57,946 nucleotides of DNA, from the NCBI GenBank assembly GCA_043778865.1, contig JAYWFI010000146.1, positions 1 to 57,946 of the forward strand, given 5' to 3'. The notes beneath the pieces were generated by a model that searched no databases, had not been told where the DNA came from, and was given only the letters and a program-made list of their open reading frames with translations. Within the stretch, counting starts at the first letter, position 1, and every line of letters begins with the position of its first letter. Of this stretch, positions 46,868-57,079 are shown piece by piece. The stretch is from Sphingomonadales bacterium (GTDB lineage Bacteria > Pseudomonadota > Alphaproteobacteria > Sphingomonadales > Sphingomonadaceae). A program made the translations under genes and the position numbers.

Positions 46868-49800
46868 GCCAAGAATTAGATTTTAGCGTTAACCTACATG
46901 CCAATGGCGAGGCATTTGTGCGCGATTTGAACCGCGCCGAGGGTGAGACGGGCAAGCTTAAAAAAGCTGCGACGGAAACAGGCGCAGCGTTGCGCGCGAT
47001 GGGAGGCGACGCCGATAAAGCCGCAAGTTCAGTAAGCGGCGTAGCGACCGCCGCCAAGGGAAATGCAGCGGTACACCGAGCGAACGCCAAGGCCCTGCGC
47101 GATGAAGCCGCAGCGGCCCGCGCGCACGCCAAGGCCCTGCGCGATGAAGCCGCAGCGGCCCGCGCGCACGCAAAAGCAACATCGGAAGTGACAAAGGGCA
47201 AAGGCGCGCTGCGCGCTGGATTTCAACAGGTTGGCTTTAACGTCAATGACATGGTCGTTCAATACCAGATGGGCACAAAAGTAAGCACGATTTTTGCCCA
47301 GCAATCGGGCCAAGTGTTTCAGGCGCTGCAATTAATATCTGGTGGTATGCAAGGCAGTACCAGCATATTTGGCAAGTTCTTCGGTCTTTTGGGAGGCCCA
47401 TGGGGCATTGTTCTGTCGCTTGGTATTTCGGCGATTGCAGCGTTCAGCGACGAGTTATTTGGCAGCGCTACAGCCGCAAATACAGTTAGTGATGCGCTTG
47501 ATTTCCAAAAGCAAAGCACGCAGGCACTTACCGCAGCAATCAACGAACAATTGGCAGCATCACGCAAGGCGATTGCCAGTTCATACGAGCAGGAAGCTGC
47601 TGCTGAGCGTCTGGCACTTGCAAATCTTAAATTGGCTGAAAGCGCACTTATCGTCAAACAAACGAGGCTAGACGAAGTAAAGAATACGAATGATGGTAAC
47701 GTTTCTCAATATAACTTTGGGAGCAGCAAAGCTAGCAATACTGCATACGCACAATCAGAGGTCAGCCAAACACAATCCAATATCAATAATTTACGTATGG
47801 TTCTTGGGCAAAAACAAGTGCCGCGGGCGATGCGGGAAATAGAAGCGAGCATGGACGGAGCGAAGGCAGCAGTGTTGCGTTTTGATAAAGCTGCCGAAAT
47901 TCTGAAAGAGCGCCTTACCGGCACCAATGCCTTAAATCAGAAAGTTAAGATCAAGGCTTCCGACAGGATAGACTCTGTTAAGTTCAAGGCGGAGATGCAA
48001 AAACTATCTATCACGCGTGAGCGCGAGGAAAAAGCCGCGCAGGCCGCCAAGAGCAGTGACCGCAGTTCGGCGTCGGCTAACCGCCAATTTGGCCGTGAGA
48101 TTGACAGCGCCGGTGCTGTATCGATTGCCAAAAAAGCTGGATATCAAGTTAACAGCTCAACACGGCCGACTTACATCCGGCAGGAGGTTAAGGGCGGCGC
48201 GTCTAGCCAAGAGCGGCTTTATAATAAATGGGTCGCGCAAGGTAAGCCAAAAGATAACCCAACAGCACCGCCGGGCAGTAGCGCGCATGAAAAAAGCAAG
48301 GCGCTTGATATCCAGTATGGCAAAGGTATCTCGATAGCTTCAATACGAAAAACATACGCCGATGCGGGCGTCAAGCTTACTAAAGTAAAAAAAGAGCGCG
48401 GGCATTTTCATATTGAATTTAGTACATCGGGCGCGGACAAAGCCGAGAATGAAGCGGAACGCATTGCCAATGCCGCCAAAGTCCTTAGCGACTACGGCAA
48501 GCGTTCAGCAGAACAAATCCAGCGGATGAACGAACAGTTCAACCAGACGCCGAGTGCAGTTAATCAAGTCAATGCCGCCATCCGTGACGTAAACGCGTTG
48601 ATGGACGAATTAAAAGACAAACAGCCGCCCGGATTTGAGCAGATGATTGCGGATGCTTTGCAATTAGAGCCGCTGATCCGCCAAACGCTGCGCCAGCCCA
48701 TAATCGATATGATTTCGGATCAGGGCCGCCAAATTAATATCGGCCAAGCGTTATTAGAAAACGACCAGAACCGCGCCGATGAAATGGGTTTTACCTATGA
48801 TTTGATGCAGAAAATGGGCGCGCAAAGCGAAGCGCAGCTTGCGACAGAGCTGGCGCGGCGCGGGATTACAGGGGATCAGGTGCGGTCGCTATATGATCAG
48901 CTGGATGTATTGCGCAGCCAAGGCCGCGAGCTTGATTTGGTACGTGCCAAGCAACAAGCCAATCTGGCGTTGATCGGCGATATGCGTAGTTCGCTGCGCG
49001 ATACAGTGGCAGGCGTGTTGTCGGGCGAAGGATTTGGCGCGATTGGCGGCGGCATAAGCCGGATGTTCCAAACCTATGTGGGCGCAAAAGCCGACCAGAT
49101 ATCCGAAACGTTGTTTGGCGATATTTTTCGCAAACAAGAGGAAAAGATTACAGGTGTAGGCAAGGTTAATGATGCAGGCGAAAAGCTGGCCAAAGAAGTC
49201 GATAAGGCAGGAACGTCACTCAAATCATTCGCTGCAACGATAGAGACGATTATCAAAGAAATTGCACCCCAATCCGCGGCAGGCAAATCAGGTGCATCAG
49301 GCACGGGTGCTATTTCTAGTACAGCCAGTGCAGCAACCGCCGTTGCAAGCGTGTTGCAAGAGAGCGGCAATGCGGTTGCAGGGTCGCTCGAAGATACCGC
49401 CAATAGCATAGAAAAAGCGGGCAATGAGATTGTTGTTACGGCATCGCGCACCGCCGACCAAGTGATAAAGGATACCTTAAAAGACCTGCTTAAGCAGGTG
49501 TTCGGTCCGGAGTTATCGGGCCAGATCGGCGATGCCATATCGAGCGTGTTTAAGAGCGTAGCGGTTGGCACAGCGGTGTCGGGCACATTAAAATCAATGG
49601 GTATTAAGACCAGTAAACTGGGCGGTCAGATCGGCGCAATCGGCGGCAAGGCGGTTGGTACCGCAATCGGCGGGAAGGCAGGCGGGCAAATTGGCGAAGT
49701 GGTTGGCGCGATTTACGGATCAATTGTTGTTGGGCTGTTCAAAAAATCAAAGACAGGCTCTGCATCGTTAGGGTTCTCGGACGGCGTGTTTGGCGCATCG

Positions 49801-50856
49801 GGTGTGGGCGGTAATAATAAAGGCCTGCAAACACAGTCCAAGGGTTTGATATCTGAAGTGAGTTCTTCGCTGAGTTCAATGGCGGAACAGTTGGGCGGCA
49901 TACTGACCGAACGCGCGCGCGTGTCGATTGGTTACGACAAAAAAGGCCGCGTTGTTGTGGATACGACCGGCGCAGGCCGCACCAAAGGCAACGGCGTACA
50001 GAATTTTGGCAAAGATGGCGAAGCGGCTGCGCAGGCGTTCGCGACGCTGGATGCGCTTAAAGATGGCGCGATCAACGGCCTTAGTGAGAAAGTTGCCGCA
50101 GCGTTGCGGTCATCAAGTGATTTGGACCGTGCGATCAAAGAGGCGCTTAAGGTGGATCAGATTGAGCAGCTGCTGGCAGGGTTTGGCGGCGCATCCAAAA
50201 AGGCGTTCGTTGATTTTGAACGGCAAGCCAAAGAGCGGTTGCGGATTGCGGGTAAATACGGTTTTGATTTGGTTAAGTTAGAACAAATGAACGCGCAAGA
50301 GCGTAATAAGTTATTTGAAACGTCGGTTGAAAAAGCCGTCGGCGGCCTGAAGAACTTGCTTGAAGAGCTGACAACAGGCGCGCGTGCGCCTGGAACACTG
50401 ATGGACCGGCGCAGCGCGCTGTTGGTCAAGAAAGCTGAATTAGAGAAGCTTGCGCCAACTGATGCCGATGCCGCTGCCAAGTTGGCTGATATCCTAGATC
50501 AATTGGAAAAGGTATCGGTTGAAGCGTTCGGCACGGCGGGCGCGTTGTATGCAGGCGACCGTGCCAACATCACGTCCACCGCAGAAAAGATCATTACGCA
50601 AGCGACGTCAGATTTGCGTGCGGCGCAAGATGAAGCGCGTAAGAACGCAGGGACCGATGCAAAAACAACCGACGCATTGATCGGTACAAGCAATAATCTG
50701 CTGGGCCAGATTAACGAGGGTATCAACGAACAGGCCAATCAGAGCGCGCAAATGATTGCGTTGCTGGGCCGTATAGGCCTCCAGAATTCGGGTTCATCGT
50801 ACGGAAATGCGTCTAATATTGCGGCGGCAAGTGGTTTTGGCGGGAATTTCTTTTGA
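46864..50856 (+). CDS. Tape measure protein with internal M15-type metallopeptidase domain
   Basis: 1330 aa helical Ala/Gly-rich; PGSSAHEKSKALDI...ERGHFHIE. Confidence 0.9.
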   Translation: MSQELDFSVNLHANGEAFVRDLNRAEGETGKLKKAATETGAALRAMGGDADKAASSVSGVATAAKGNAAVHRANAKALRDEAAAARAHAKALRDEAAAARAHAKATSEVTKGKGALRAGFQQVGFNVNDMVVQYQMGTKVSTIFAQQSGQVFQALQLISGGMQGSTSIFGKFFGLLGGPWGIVLSLGISAIAAFSDELFGSATAANTVSDALDFQKQSTQALTAAINEQLAASRKAIASSYEQEAAAERLALANLKLAESALIVKQTRLDEVKNTNDGNVSQYNFGSSKASNTAYAQSEVSQTQSNINNLRMVLGQKQVPRAMREIEASMDGAKAAVLRFDKAAEILKERLTGTNALNQKVKIKASDRIDSVKFKAEMQKLSITREREEKAAQAAKSSDRSSASANRQFGREIDSAGAVSIAKKAGYQVNSSTRPTYIRQEVKGGASSQERLYNKWVAQGKPKDNPTAPPGSSAHEKSKALDIQYGKGISIASIRKTYADAGVKLTKVKKERGHFHIEFSTSGADKAENEAERIANAAKVLSDYGKRSAEQIQRMNEQFNQTPSAVNQVNAAIRDVNALMDELKDKQPPGFEQMIADALQLEPLIRQTLRQPIIDMISDQGRQINIGQALLENDQNRADEMGFTYDLMQKMGAQSEAQLATELARRGITGDQVRSLYDQLDVLRSQGRELDLVRAKQQANLALIGDMRSSLRDTVAGVLSGEGFGAIGGGISRMFQTYVGAKADQISETLFGDIFRKQEEKITGVGKVNDAGEKLAKEVDKAGTSLKSFAATIETIIKEIAPQSAAGKSGASGTGAISSTASAATAVASVLQESGNAVAGSLEDTANSIEKAGNEIVVTASRTADQVIKDTLKDLLKQVFGPELSGQIGDAISSVFKSVAVGTAVSGTLKSMGIKTSKLGGQIGAIGGKAVGTAIGGKAGGQIGEVVGAIYGSIVVGLFKKSKTGSASLGFSDGVFGASGVGGNNKGLQTQSKGLISEVSSSLSSMAEQLGGILTERARVSIGYDKKGRVVVDTTGAGRTKGNGVQNFGKDGEAAAQAFATLDALKDGAINGLSEKVAAALRSSSDLDRAIKEALKVDQIEQLLAGFGGASKKAFVDFERQAKERLRIAGKYGFDLVKLEQMNAQERNKLFETSVEKAVGGLKNLLEELTTGARAPGTLMDRRSALLVKKAELEKLAPTDADAAAKLADILDQLEKVSVEAFGTAGALYAGDRANITSTAEKIITQATSDLRAAQDEARKNAGTDAKTTDALIGTSNNLLGQINEGINEQANQSAQMIALLGRIGLQNSGSSYGNASNIAAASGFGGNFF
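47084..47171 (+). repeat. Perfect 42-bp tandem duplication in tape measure gene
   Basis: Two identical units encoding AKALRDEAAAARAH. Confidence 0.9.
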
Positions 50857-53800
50857 GCCGTAAGCCGCTAGTCTGGTTGTTAATCGCAAAACCGCGTAAT
50901 CCGGCAACGGGCGCAGAAGTAACTGTGCGTTTGGCAGGCGGCGGGCAGACAGGATACAAGCAATTTGGTTCGGCGGGGTGGTATGCTGGATTGGAACAGC
51001 CGCCCGCTGTTGTGCAAAATCTAGGATATACCGACGGCCAATTTGGTGAAGGTGCCGTATTGCAGGCGTTTCAGATGCAATGGTCAGGCCGCAAGTCGCG
51101 GGTAGACGCGCTTGCCGCGTTATACTGGCGCGAGGCACCATTTACTTTATATAGCGGGCCAGATGGCGGCAGTGATACAGAGTTTAGCGTTGTTTTGGCG
51201 GGCAATCTGGCCGATATTCAAACCGATCAAGCGCGACTGACATTGCAAATGGTGGATCCGAGTGCAGTTTTGGCGCGGCCGTTGCTCGCGGGTGCGCAGT
51301 TTGCGGGCACTGGTGGTATCGAAGGCGTTCCTGAACTGAAAGGCCGAGCAAAGCGGCGGGCATTTGGCAGGTGCATGAATATAGAATTATGGCCGCTGGA
51401 TACTGCTTATAATATTTGGGTTGCCACCGATCCCGCGCGCCCAATACAGGCGTTTGATTTGATAAAAGATAAAGGTAACGCCGCATCGCCGTCTCTATTT
51501 GTTGCGTGGGCAGGAAGCGTTACTGCGACATTAGATGCCTTGCGTGCCGCATCTGCACCCGCAGGTGGTGCAGCGGTAGCGCCGTCGATATCGTGTATAA
51601 AATGGTGGTATGCCAATCCCGGCAAGCTGACGGCGGATATTCGCGGTGAAATAGGCGCAGGCTATATTGATGCGCCCGCTGATATTGCGGCACGGATTAT
51701 CTCTAGTATTGGCAGCATAGCGGTAAATGCGGCCTCATTGATTGCGGCACGGGCGCTTCGTAATTACGAATGCGGGTTGCTGATAAGTGATGAAACACCT
51801 GCTGGGCAGTTGCTTAATGAACTGCTGTCCGGTGTATCGTTGTGGTGGGGAATGACATCGGGCGGTGAGTTAGAGTTTGGCCCGTGGCAATTTGACGGTG
51901 CGCAAGGCACATTAAACGCCGCGTCTGCCATGCGGATACAGACGCATAAGCCGGTTAAAAAGCTTACGCTGGGCTGGCGGACAAATAACCTGGTTATGTC
52001 GCGCGGCGATATTGCGGGCTCCGTTTTGGATGCGGCGTATGCCGACGGAACGCCGATTGAAAACCTGAGGCCCGCGCAGCCCGGTGCAACAAATGATGCC
52101 AATCTTTCCGATCCGACGCAGCTTACGATTAACGAAAAGATGCGGTTGATTGCAACCGAGGCAACGCGCGCGAATAGGCGGCTTGCATTGCGGACGCGAT
52201 TGTTAGCTCAAGGTTTGCCTGTGGCGGCGTTAGACCAAGCACTCGTTGATTGGTTTGTAGTTCGTAATGGACTGTCGCCTGCATGGGACAATATAACCGC
52301 GCATAGTACGATTAATCGCTCCAATTGGAATGCGCTTAGCCTAGCATACGACGCAGCGCTTGATGCCAGCGACATTGCAATAAGCCAAGAGGACGCGCGG
52401 CGCTCGGTATGGGATCAAACAACAGGCCGTCCGCCACTCTTGACGGGCGATAGCGTAACAGCGGATGACACGCTGCTTGATCCTACTGTTTGGAACAATA
52501 CTAATTGCATATTTACAAAAGATGTAACTGGTGAAGGTTTAGTATCTAGTGTTGGTTTGGCAGGTCTTTACCACAAGGCTGCGAATGCCACTCCTATTGA
52601 TTTTTCAGCGGCGTATGAGGCATGCTTTGAATTAATGGAAGACGGTAGCGGGCAAGGCACCAATTCCAACTATATTTCTATTATCATTTACGACCAAGCA
52701 GGTAATATTATTACTGGCGACGCCGGATTCTGGTATTTTCGATTTGCAGGGATGGTAGGTTCTCGAGGGCAGTGGGAAAAGCAATCAATACGCTTTGGTC
52801 AAGGCACAGACCTCCCATTCCCACCAAATGCGGTTAAGTTCGGCCTAGAATTACTGCTCAATTACAGTAATGCAGGAATAGTTACATCTGCCCGACGCTT
52901 AAAAACACGGCGCATCACAAAAAATAACTTTACAGCAGCAGCACCTTACAAGTGGACCCTAGGTGACGATCAGTTAATTTGTAACATCGGCATTGGGAGC
53001 TGGGAGAATGTTGCGTATTCGAAATCAGTAATAGCAGGGCCGCAAAAGTTTACAGGCCGATTTGCAGGCCCAGCATACGTAGCTATAATGATGGGTTTGA
53101 CTGAATCCACGGCACCAGCGTCTCATTTGGCGGGCGCAGGCCAGATTTATCTCAATGGCACCATACTCAGAATACAAGAAGGACCTGACGTAAAGGCAGA
53201 ATATCCGTCTATACCGAACGTGCGAACTGCGGAGTTTGCTATAGAATATGACGGCCTGCGTTTGCGATATTACGTTAACGGCGCAGTCCTACCCTATATT
53301 ACGTATGTTGTTCCCGGAAAGTCGTATAAAGCATTTGTCGATACATTTTATGCGGGCGCTGGCCTCGTCAACGTAACGCATGCATCGAGTCAAGGCGCGG
53401 CTATCATTGGTGGAAACACCTATGGATTTGATGGCGAAAAACTTACTCCAAAGCGGCTAGATAATAACTACAACGCGCCGGGCCAAAACTTAATAGCCAA
53501 CAGCGATCAAACGACGCTATCTTATGATGTATTTTATAATACCGGAATAACTGTCGGTTACGGACCTGTTCTCTCAAACACAATCTTTTCTACAGCTGAC
53601 TATGTATTGTGTGGTTCGGTAAACAATGTTGTCGTCAGACAGGCTGGAATGAGCTCTGGCGGGGATACTGGAGGCTTATTCGACGTTAGCACGGGACAAC
53701 GTATAACAGTCGCCCCAGGAGAAAGGTTCGTATACTCCGTATATTGTGCAGGCCATCGGTGCAAGCAGGGTCTATATATCGTCTGGCGCGACTCATATGG

Positions 53801-54863
53801 CGCGCCTATCGGCTACAAAGATAGTGGGCCTGTAGGACTACCAACTGATAACCTAGCAAATATCTTAACCTCTCCATTTTACAATCGACTATATGTAGTG
53901 GACACTGTCCCGACAGGTGCGGCATCTGCTGAACTTGTAGTGCGCAAGTATAACACCTTAAATAGTTCAGATAGCTATATTTGGTTTGCCGCGCCAATGT
54001 TTGAACGGGCGGCACCTAGCCAAACAGAGCCTTCTCCATATCAGCCGGGCGCTCCCTCAAGCGTAAGGCATATAGGTTATAATGGCGATCTTGACGCTGA
54101 TGTAACAGCAAAAACACAGCTTGCGATAGCGGGCGTTGACGACATCACGATTAACTTCGATCATGCGAATAACGCGATAACGTCATTGCCACGATCTCAA
54201 GGGTTTAAGGTGACGCGCGGCGGCGTTGATGTGACAGCGACGGCGGCGCTTACGGTCACGGTAAAATCTGGCACCATTGCCGCAAGCATATCGGGAGGTG
54301 TTTTGGCTATTGATAAATTAGGCGGCGTACTGACATCGGCGGTGTTGGAACTGGGAGGTGCATATGGCACATCTGCCCTACCCACTAAGACAGTGCGCAT
54401 AACGCGCGAGAATGCAGCAGCACCAACCGCGCCACCAAGTACAGGCGCGGGCAGCGCAACAGCTGATAGCACAGCAGTTAATGGCACAAGTAACAGCACA
54501 ACACCTGTTGCGGTCGGCCGTGAAGTTACAGTTGTGACTGGAACTGCGGGTATCGTTACGCTTAATGCAAACTATGAGTTTTTCTGCGGTGCTAATGGCA
54601 CATATGCTGCTTATGCCCGATGGTACAAGTGGAATGGATCGGCCTATATTGCTATAGGCACAAGCGTCCTAAACAATGTGCCTTTTGCTCAATCAGGAGG
54701 AACAGAGCCTTATTCAGAAGCGGGTTCAGGCGTTTGCAACCATCAAGATTCTGGCAATACCCTGGGGTCAACACAAAAATACAAACTATACATGAATGCG
54801 GCAAGTGGCACTGTGACGCGCACTATCAGTGGCAATGTATCAGCAACAGGAGTGAACCCATAA
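50853..54863 (+). CDS. Tail tip/hub protein fused to receptor-binding domains
   Basis: FAGTGGIEG..LKGRAKRRAFG N-terminus; beta-sandwich-like central part (PTGAASAELVV, WFAAPMFE). Confidence 0.75.
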   Translation: MSRKPLVWLLIAKPRNPATGAEVTVRLAGGGQTGYKQFGSAGWYAGLEQPPAVVQNLGYTDGQFGEGAVLQAFQMQWSGRKSRVDALAALYWREAPFTLYSGPDGGSDTEFSVVLAGNLADIQTDQARLTLQMVDPSAVLARPLLAGAQFAGTGGIEGVPELKGRAKRRAFGRCMNIELWPLDTAYNIWVATDPARPIQAFDLIKDKGNAASPSLFVAWAGSVTATLDALRAASAPAGGAAVAPSISCIKWWYANPGKLTADIRGEIGAGYIDAPADIAARIISSIGSIAVNAASLIAARALRNYECGLLISDETPAGQLLNELLSGVSLWWGMTSGGELEFGPWQFDGAQGTLNAASAMRIQTHKPVKKLTLGWRTNNLVMSRGDIAGSVLDAAYADGTPIENLRPAQPGATNDANLSDPTQLTINEKMRLIATEATRANRRLALRTRLLAQGLPVAALDQALVDWFVVRNGLSPAWDNITAHSTINRSNWNALSLAYDAALDASDIAISQEDARRSVWDQTTGRPPLLTGDSVTADDTLLDPTVWNNTNCIFTKDVTGEGLVSSVGLAGLYHKAANATPIDFSAAYEACFELMEDGSGQGTNSNYISIIIYDQAGNIITGDAGFWYFRFAGMVGSRGQWEKQSIRFGQGTDLPFPPNAVKFGLELLLNYSNAGIVTSARRLKTRRITKNNFTAAAPYKWTLGDDQLICNIGIGSWENVAYSKSVIAGPQKFTGRFAGPAYVAIMMGLTESTAPASHLAGAGQIYLNGTILRIQEGPDVKAEYPSIPNVRTAEFAIEYDGLRLRYYVNGAVLPYITYVVPGKSYKAFVDTFYAGAGLVNVTHASSQGAAIIGGNTYGFDGEKLTPKRLDNNYNAPGQNLIANSDQTTLSYDVFYNTGITVGYGPVLSNTIFSTADYVLCGSVNNVVVRQAGMSSGGDTGGLFDVSTGQRITVAPGERFVYSVYCAGHRCKQGLYIVWRDSYGAPIGYKDSGPVGLPTDNLANILTSPFYNRLYVVDTVPTGAASAELVVRKYNTLNSSDSYIWFAAPMFERAAPSQTEPSPYQPGAPSSVRHIGYNGDLDADVTAKTQLAIAGVDDITINFDHANNAITSLPRSQGFKVTRGGVDVTATAALTVTVKSGTIAASISGGVLAIDKLGGVLTSAVLELGGAYGTSALPTKTVRITRENAAAPTAPPSTGAGSATADSTAVNGTSNSTTPVAVGREVTVVTGTAGIVTLNANYEFFCGANGTYAAYARWYKWNGSAYIAIGTSVLNNVPFAQSGGTEPYSEAGSGVCNHQDSGNTLGSTQKYKLYMNAASGTVTRTISGNVSATGVNP

Positions 54864-55246
54864 TGGATAAGATTTTAATGACAACCGACGAAAATGGCGA
54901 TCAGTCATACCGCACAACAACCGAAATTGAGGTGCCGCGTATGCCCGAGGCTTTTGAGAAATGGGATGCCGAAACCAAGGCATTCATCAAAGATCATGCG
55001 GGCGAAGCAGATTATAACGCGGGGCCTGATCACATCGCCAAGGTGCATGCGCGCAAAACAGCCGAGGCTGGGTTAATAATTGCAGGATATGAACTTGATA
55101 CCATGATGCTTGTTCAAGAGGCGAAATTGCGCGGTATTAAACCAGCGGAATTAGCGGCGTTGGTGCTGGCAAAAGGTGAGGCGCAGACAGAGATTGAGTT
55201 GACGCGGATCGCAGCAAAGAACCAGATTGAAATACCAGGTTCGTGA
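54863..55246 (+). CDS. Putative fibre chaperone-like protein
   Basis: LVQEAKLRGI..ELAALVL..IELTRIAAK; start re-set to 54863. Confidence 0.6.
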   Translation: MDKILMTTDENGDQSYRTTTEIEVPRMPEAFEKWDAETKAFIKDHAGEADYNAGPDHIAKVHARKTAEAGLIIAGYELDTMMLVQEAKLRGIKPAELAALVLAKGEAQTEIELTRIAAKNQIEIPGS

Positions 55247-55285
55247 AGCTTATTTTAGGTCTTCACAAATTGAGAGGCCAGCGCA

Positions 55286-55663
55286 ATGCCCGCCGTTGAT
55301 AGTGCCTATGCGCAGTGGCTGCAGTCTGCCAATCGCTTAACGATTACCTCTGATTTGTCCAATGCGAGTAAATGGAATTTACTGGCTCAAGACTTGACCG
55401 CAAGCAGTATTATCGCGCGTGAGGCGGATGCGTTAATCGAGGCGCAGCGGCAGCTTGATTTTCGCAGTGCGCCATTAGCCGAAGAGAAAATTGAGCTACC
55501 TAAGCTATATCAAGTGGCGGCGCTTCGCGGGCGCGTGTGGACTATCAAAATTGCTGGAGATGCGGCCTATCAAAATGGCGCGGACGTCTTTGTGTTGGGC
55601 GGCGTCGCCGATCACGGCAGCGGTATTACAACGCTAACTGTATTAAGGAAGTTGAGCACATGA
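55286..55663 (+). CDS. Minor tail protein (hypothetical)
   Basis: GAGG RBS, 125 aa, in tail operon. Confidence 0.6.
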   Translation: MPAVDSAYAQWLQSANRLTITSDLSNASKWNLLAQDLTASSIIAREADALIEAQRQLDFRSAPLAEEKIELPKLYQVAALRGRVWTIKIAGDAAYQNGADVFVLGGVADHGSGITTLTVLRKLST

Positions 55664-56448
55664 CAGATCTGTTGAATATGCAGATGATATTAGTTGAGCC
55701 CTTTGACCTAAAATCTGGCGGCATTGCTCCTTCGTATACTGTGTCGCGCGGGGTTGGTGCGGGCAATCTTGTTGAGCACGACCCGAGAGAAGTTTGGTTT
55801 GAGGATGTTGCAGGTTTGGGCGCTTATCAAATTGACATTGATCTGGGGATAGCCACCAGCTGGGATACTGTGGCGCTGATTAATGTTACAGCCTTTCCCA
55901 ATACGACGTGGCAGATTACTGGCGGGGCCACTTTAACTGCTGTCACCTATATGCCATCGGCCATCCTGCGATTGCCAAGTGAGGATGGGATAGTGGCCGC
56001 GTCGAATGCTTTATTCTGGTCCTCAGTCACGCTATCGAGCCGCTACATTCGTATCACGATTACTCCCGGCGGCGGGATGCCTAATTCTTTGGGCGTTCTG
56101 GTGGTTGGTAAAAGCTTTAAGCCCTCAAAACCGCGCGAACAAGGAGCGGGGCGTATACCAATTGATACAGGGGTTCGCACCGAGATAAGTAATGGTGGTA
56201 TCGGCACAGTGAGCGGGTTTTTGCGGGCATCCTACAAGTGGGTATTTGGTGACCTTGATCCTACCGATCTGCGTAAATTATGGGGCATGTTTCGGCGGCT
56301 AAGAACGACGGAGCCTTTCCTGTTGATCGAGGACCCTTCAGAAGGCTATTCAGAGGGTATTCATTGGTGTACTTTTGTTAACCTCGAAGGGTATGAACGC
56401 AACGATGCTTCGAAGAGCCGTTGGTCTATGTCAGTGAGCGAAAGATGA
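55660..56448 (+). CDS. Distal-tail-like protein
   Basis: IDLG, SRYIRITI, PFLLIEDP; start re-set to 55660. Confidence 0.6.
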   Translation: MTDLLNMQMILVEPFDLKSGGIAPSYTVSRGVGAGNLVEHDPREVWFEDVAGLGAYQIDIDLGIATSWDTVALINVTAFPNTTWQITGGATLTAVTYMPSAILRLPSEDGIVAASNALFWSSVTLSSRYIRITITPGGGMPNSLGVLVVGKSFKPSKPREQGAGRIPIDTGVRTEISNGGIGTVSGFLRASYKWVFGDLDPTDLRKLWGMFRRLRTTEPFLLIEDPSEGYSEGIHWCTFVNLEGYERNDASKSRWSMSVSER

Positions 56449-56549
56449 AGACATGTAGTGCGCCAACGCAACGTTTAATTCCACCAGTGAAGAGCTATTA
56501 CAACGCCGTTGCAATAACTTTTATTGCGGCTTTCAATAAGGAATTAGAC

Positions 56550-56780
56550 ATGGCTTTTACAGGCACAAAATCTATTTTCAGCTCAGTTACTTTGATTGGT
56601 ATCCTAGTCGCAATGTTCACCCGCATTCTGGCCTTGTTCGGCCTCGATCTAGGCGCAGATTCAGCGGGACTTTTGAGCAATGTAGTCGATGCAGGCTTAA
56701 CGTTTTTTGGTGCGCTAATGGTCATTTATGGCCGCATCCGCGCGACGAAAAACCTATCTCTAAGTAGATCAGGGCCTTAA
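56550..56780 (+). CDS. Holin-like two-TM protein
   Basis: KSIFSSVTLIG...VIYGRIRAT, 76 aa, last prophage gene. Confidence 0.6.
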   Translation: MAFTGTKSIFSSVTLIGILVAMFTRILALFGLDLGADSAGLLSNVVDAGLTFFGALMVIYGRIRATKNLSLSRSGP

Positions 56781-56825
56781 TCTGCTAACCAATTAGGTTA
56801 TATAATCTAAGCCGCGCTCTTCTAT

Positions 56826-56878
56826 AAAACGAATGGCGCGGCTTAATAATTAATGTCGCGAATTTTTGGCGCGCTACA
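56826..56878 (-). repeat. Right end with three putative transposase-binding sites
   Basis: Minus strand: TGTAG-CGCGCCAAAAATT, CGCGACATTAATTA, CGCGCCATTCGTTT. Confidence 0.78.
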
Positions 56879-56959
56879 ATGCGCTGCAAGTCGGCCGAAT
56901 TTTGTTGGCGGCATATCATGTCTGCGCAAGAATAGTTCGACTTGGCGGTTTATGTGCAT
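56879..56959 (-). pseudogene. N-terminal fragment of host Cro-like gene disrupted by the prophage
   Basis: AAGGA RBS; MHINRQVELFLRRHDMPPTKFGRLAAH then runs directly into the TGT end. Confidence 0.8.
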
Positions 56960-57006
56960 GGTGTTTTCCTTTACATTTGCAATTGTCGGAAGGCCCGAAT
57001 CAAATA

Positions 57007-57021
57007 GAACAATTAAGGAAC
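57007..57021. promoter_or_regulatory. Alphaproteobacterial LexA (SOS) box
   Basis: GAAC-aattaag-GAAC, exact GAAC-N7-GAAC. Confidence 0.75.
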
Positions 57022-57029
57022 AAACATGA

Positions 57030-57063
57030 TAGGGCAAATCCTACTTGTCTAGGATAAATCCTA
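57030..57063. promoter_or_regulatory. Two tandem palindromic operators
   Basis: TAGGGCAAATCCTA and TAGGATAAATCCTA, 20-bp period, between divergent Cro-like and CI-like genes. Confidence 0.7.
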
Positions 57064-57079
57064 TTGTTATAGAACCAAT

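Larger units (their letters stand above)
18706..56878. mobile_element. Mu-like transposable prophage, apparently complete, 38,173 bp
   Basis: Ends TGTGACGCGCCA (18706) and TGGCGCGCTACA (56878) are near-inverted; encodes DDE transposase, MuB-like ATPase, Ner, Gam, GemA, Mor, Mu-type terminase/portal/gpF/gpG, capsid and tail. Confidence 0.95.

Noticed and set aside
50853-54863. Diversity-generating retroelement target
   Set aside because: No reverse transcriptase or template/variable repeat pair seen
56843-57037. Intact 64-aa gene
   Set aside because: Chimera of the host gene N-terminus and read-through into the prophage end
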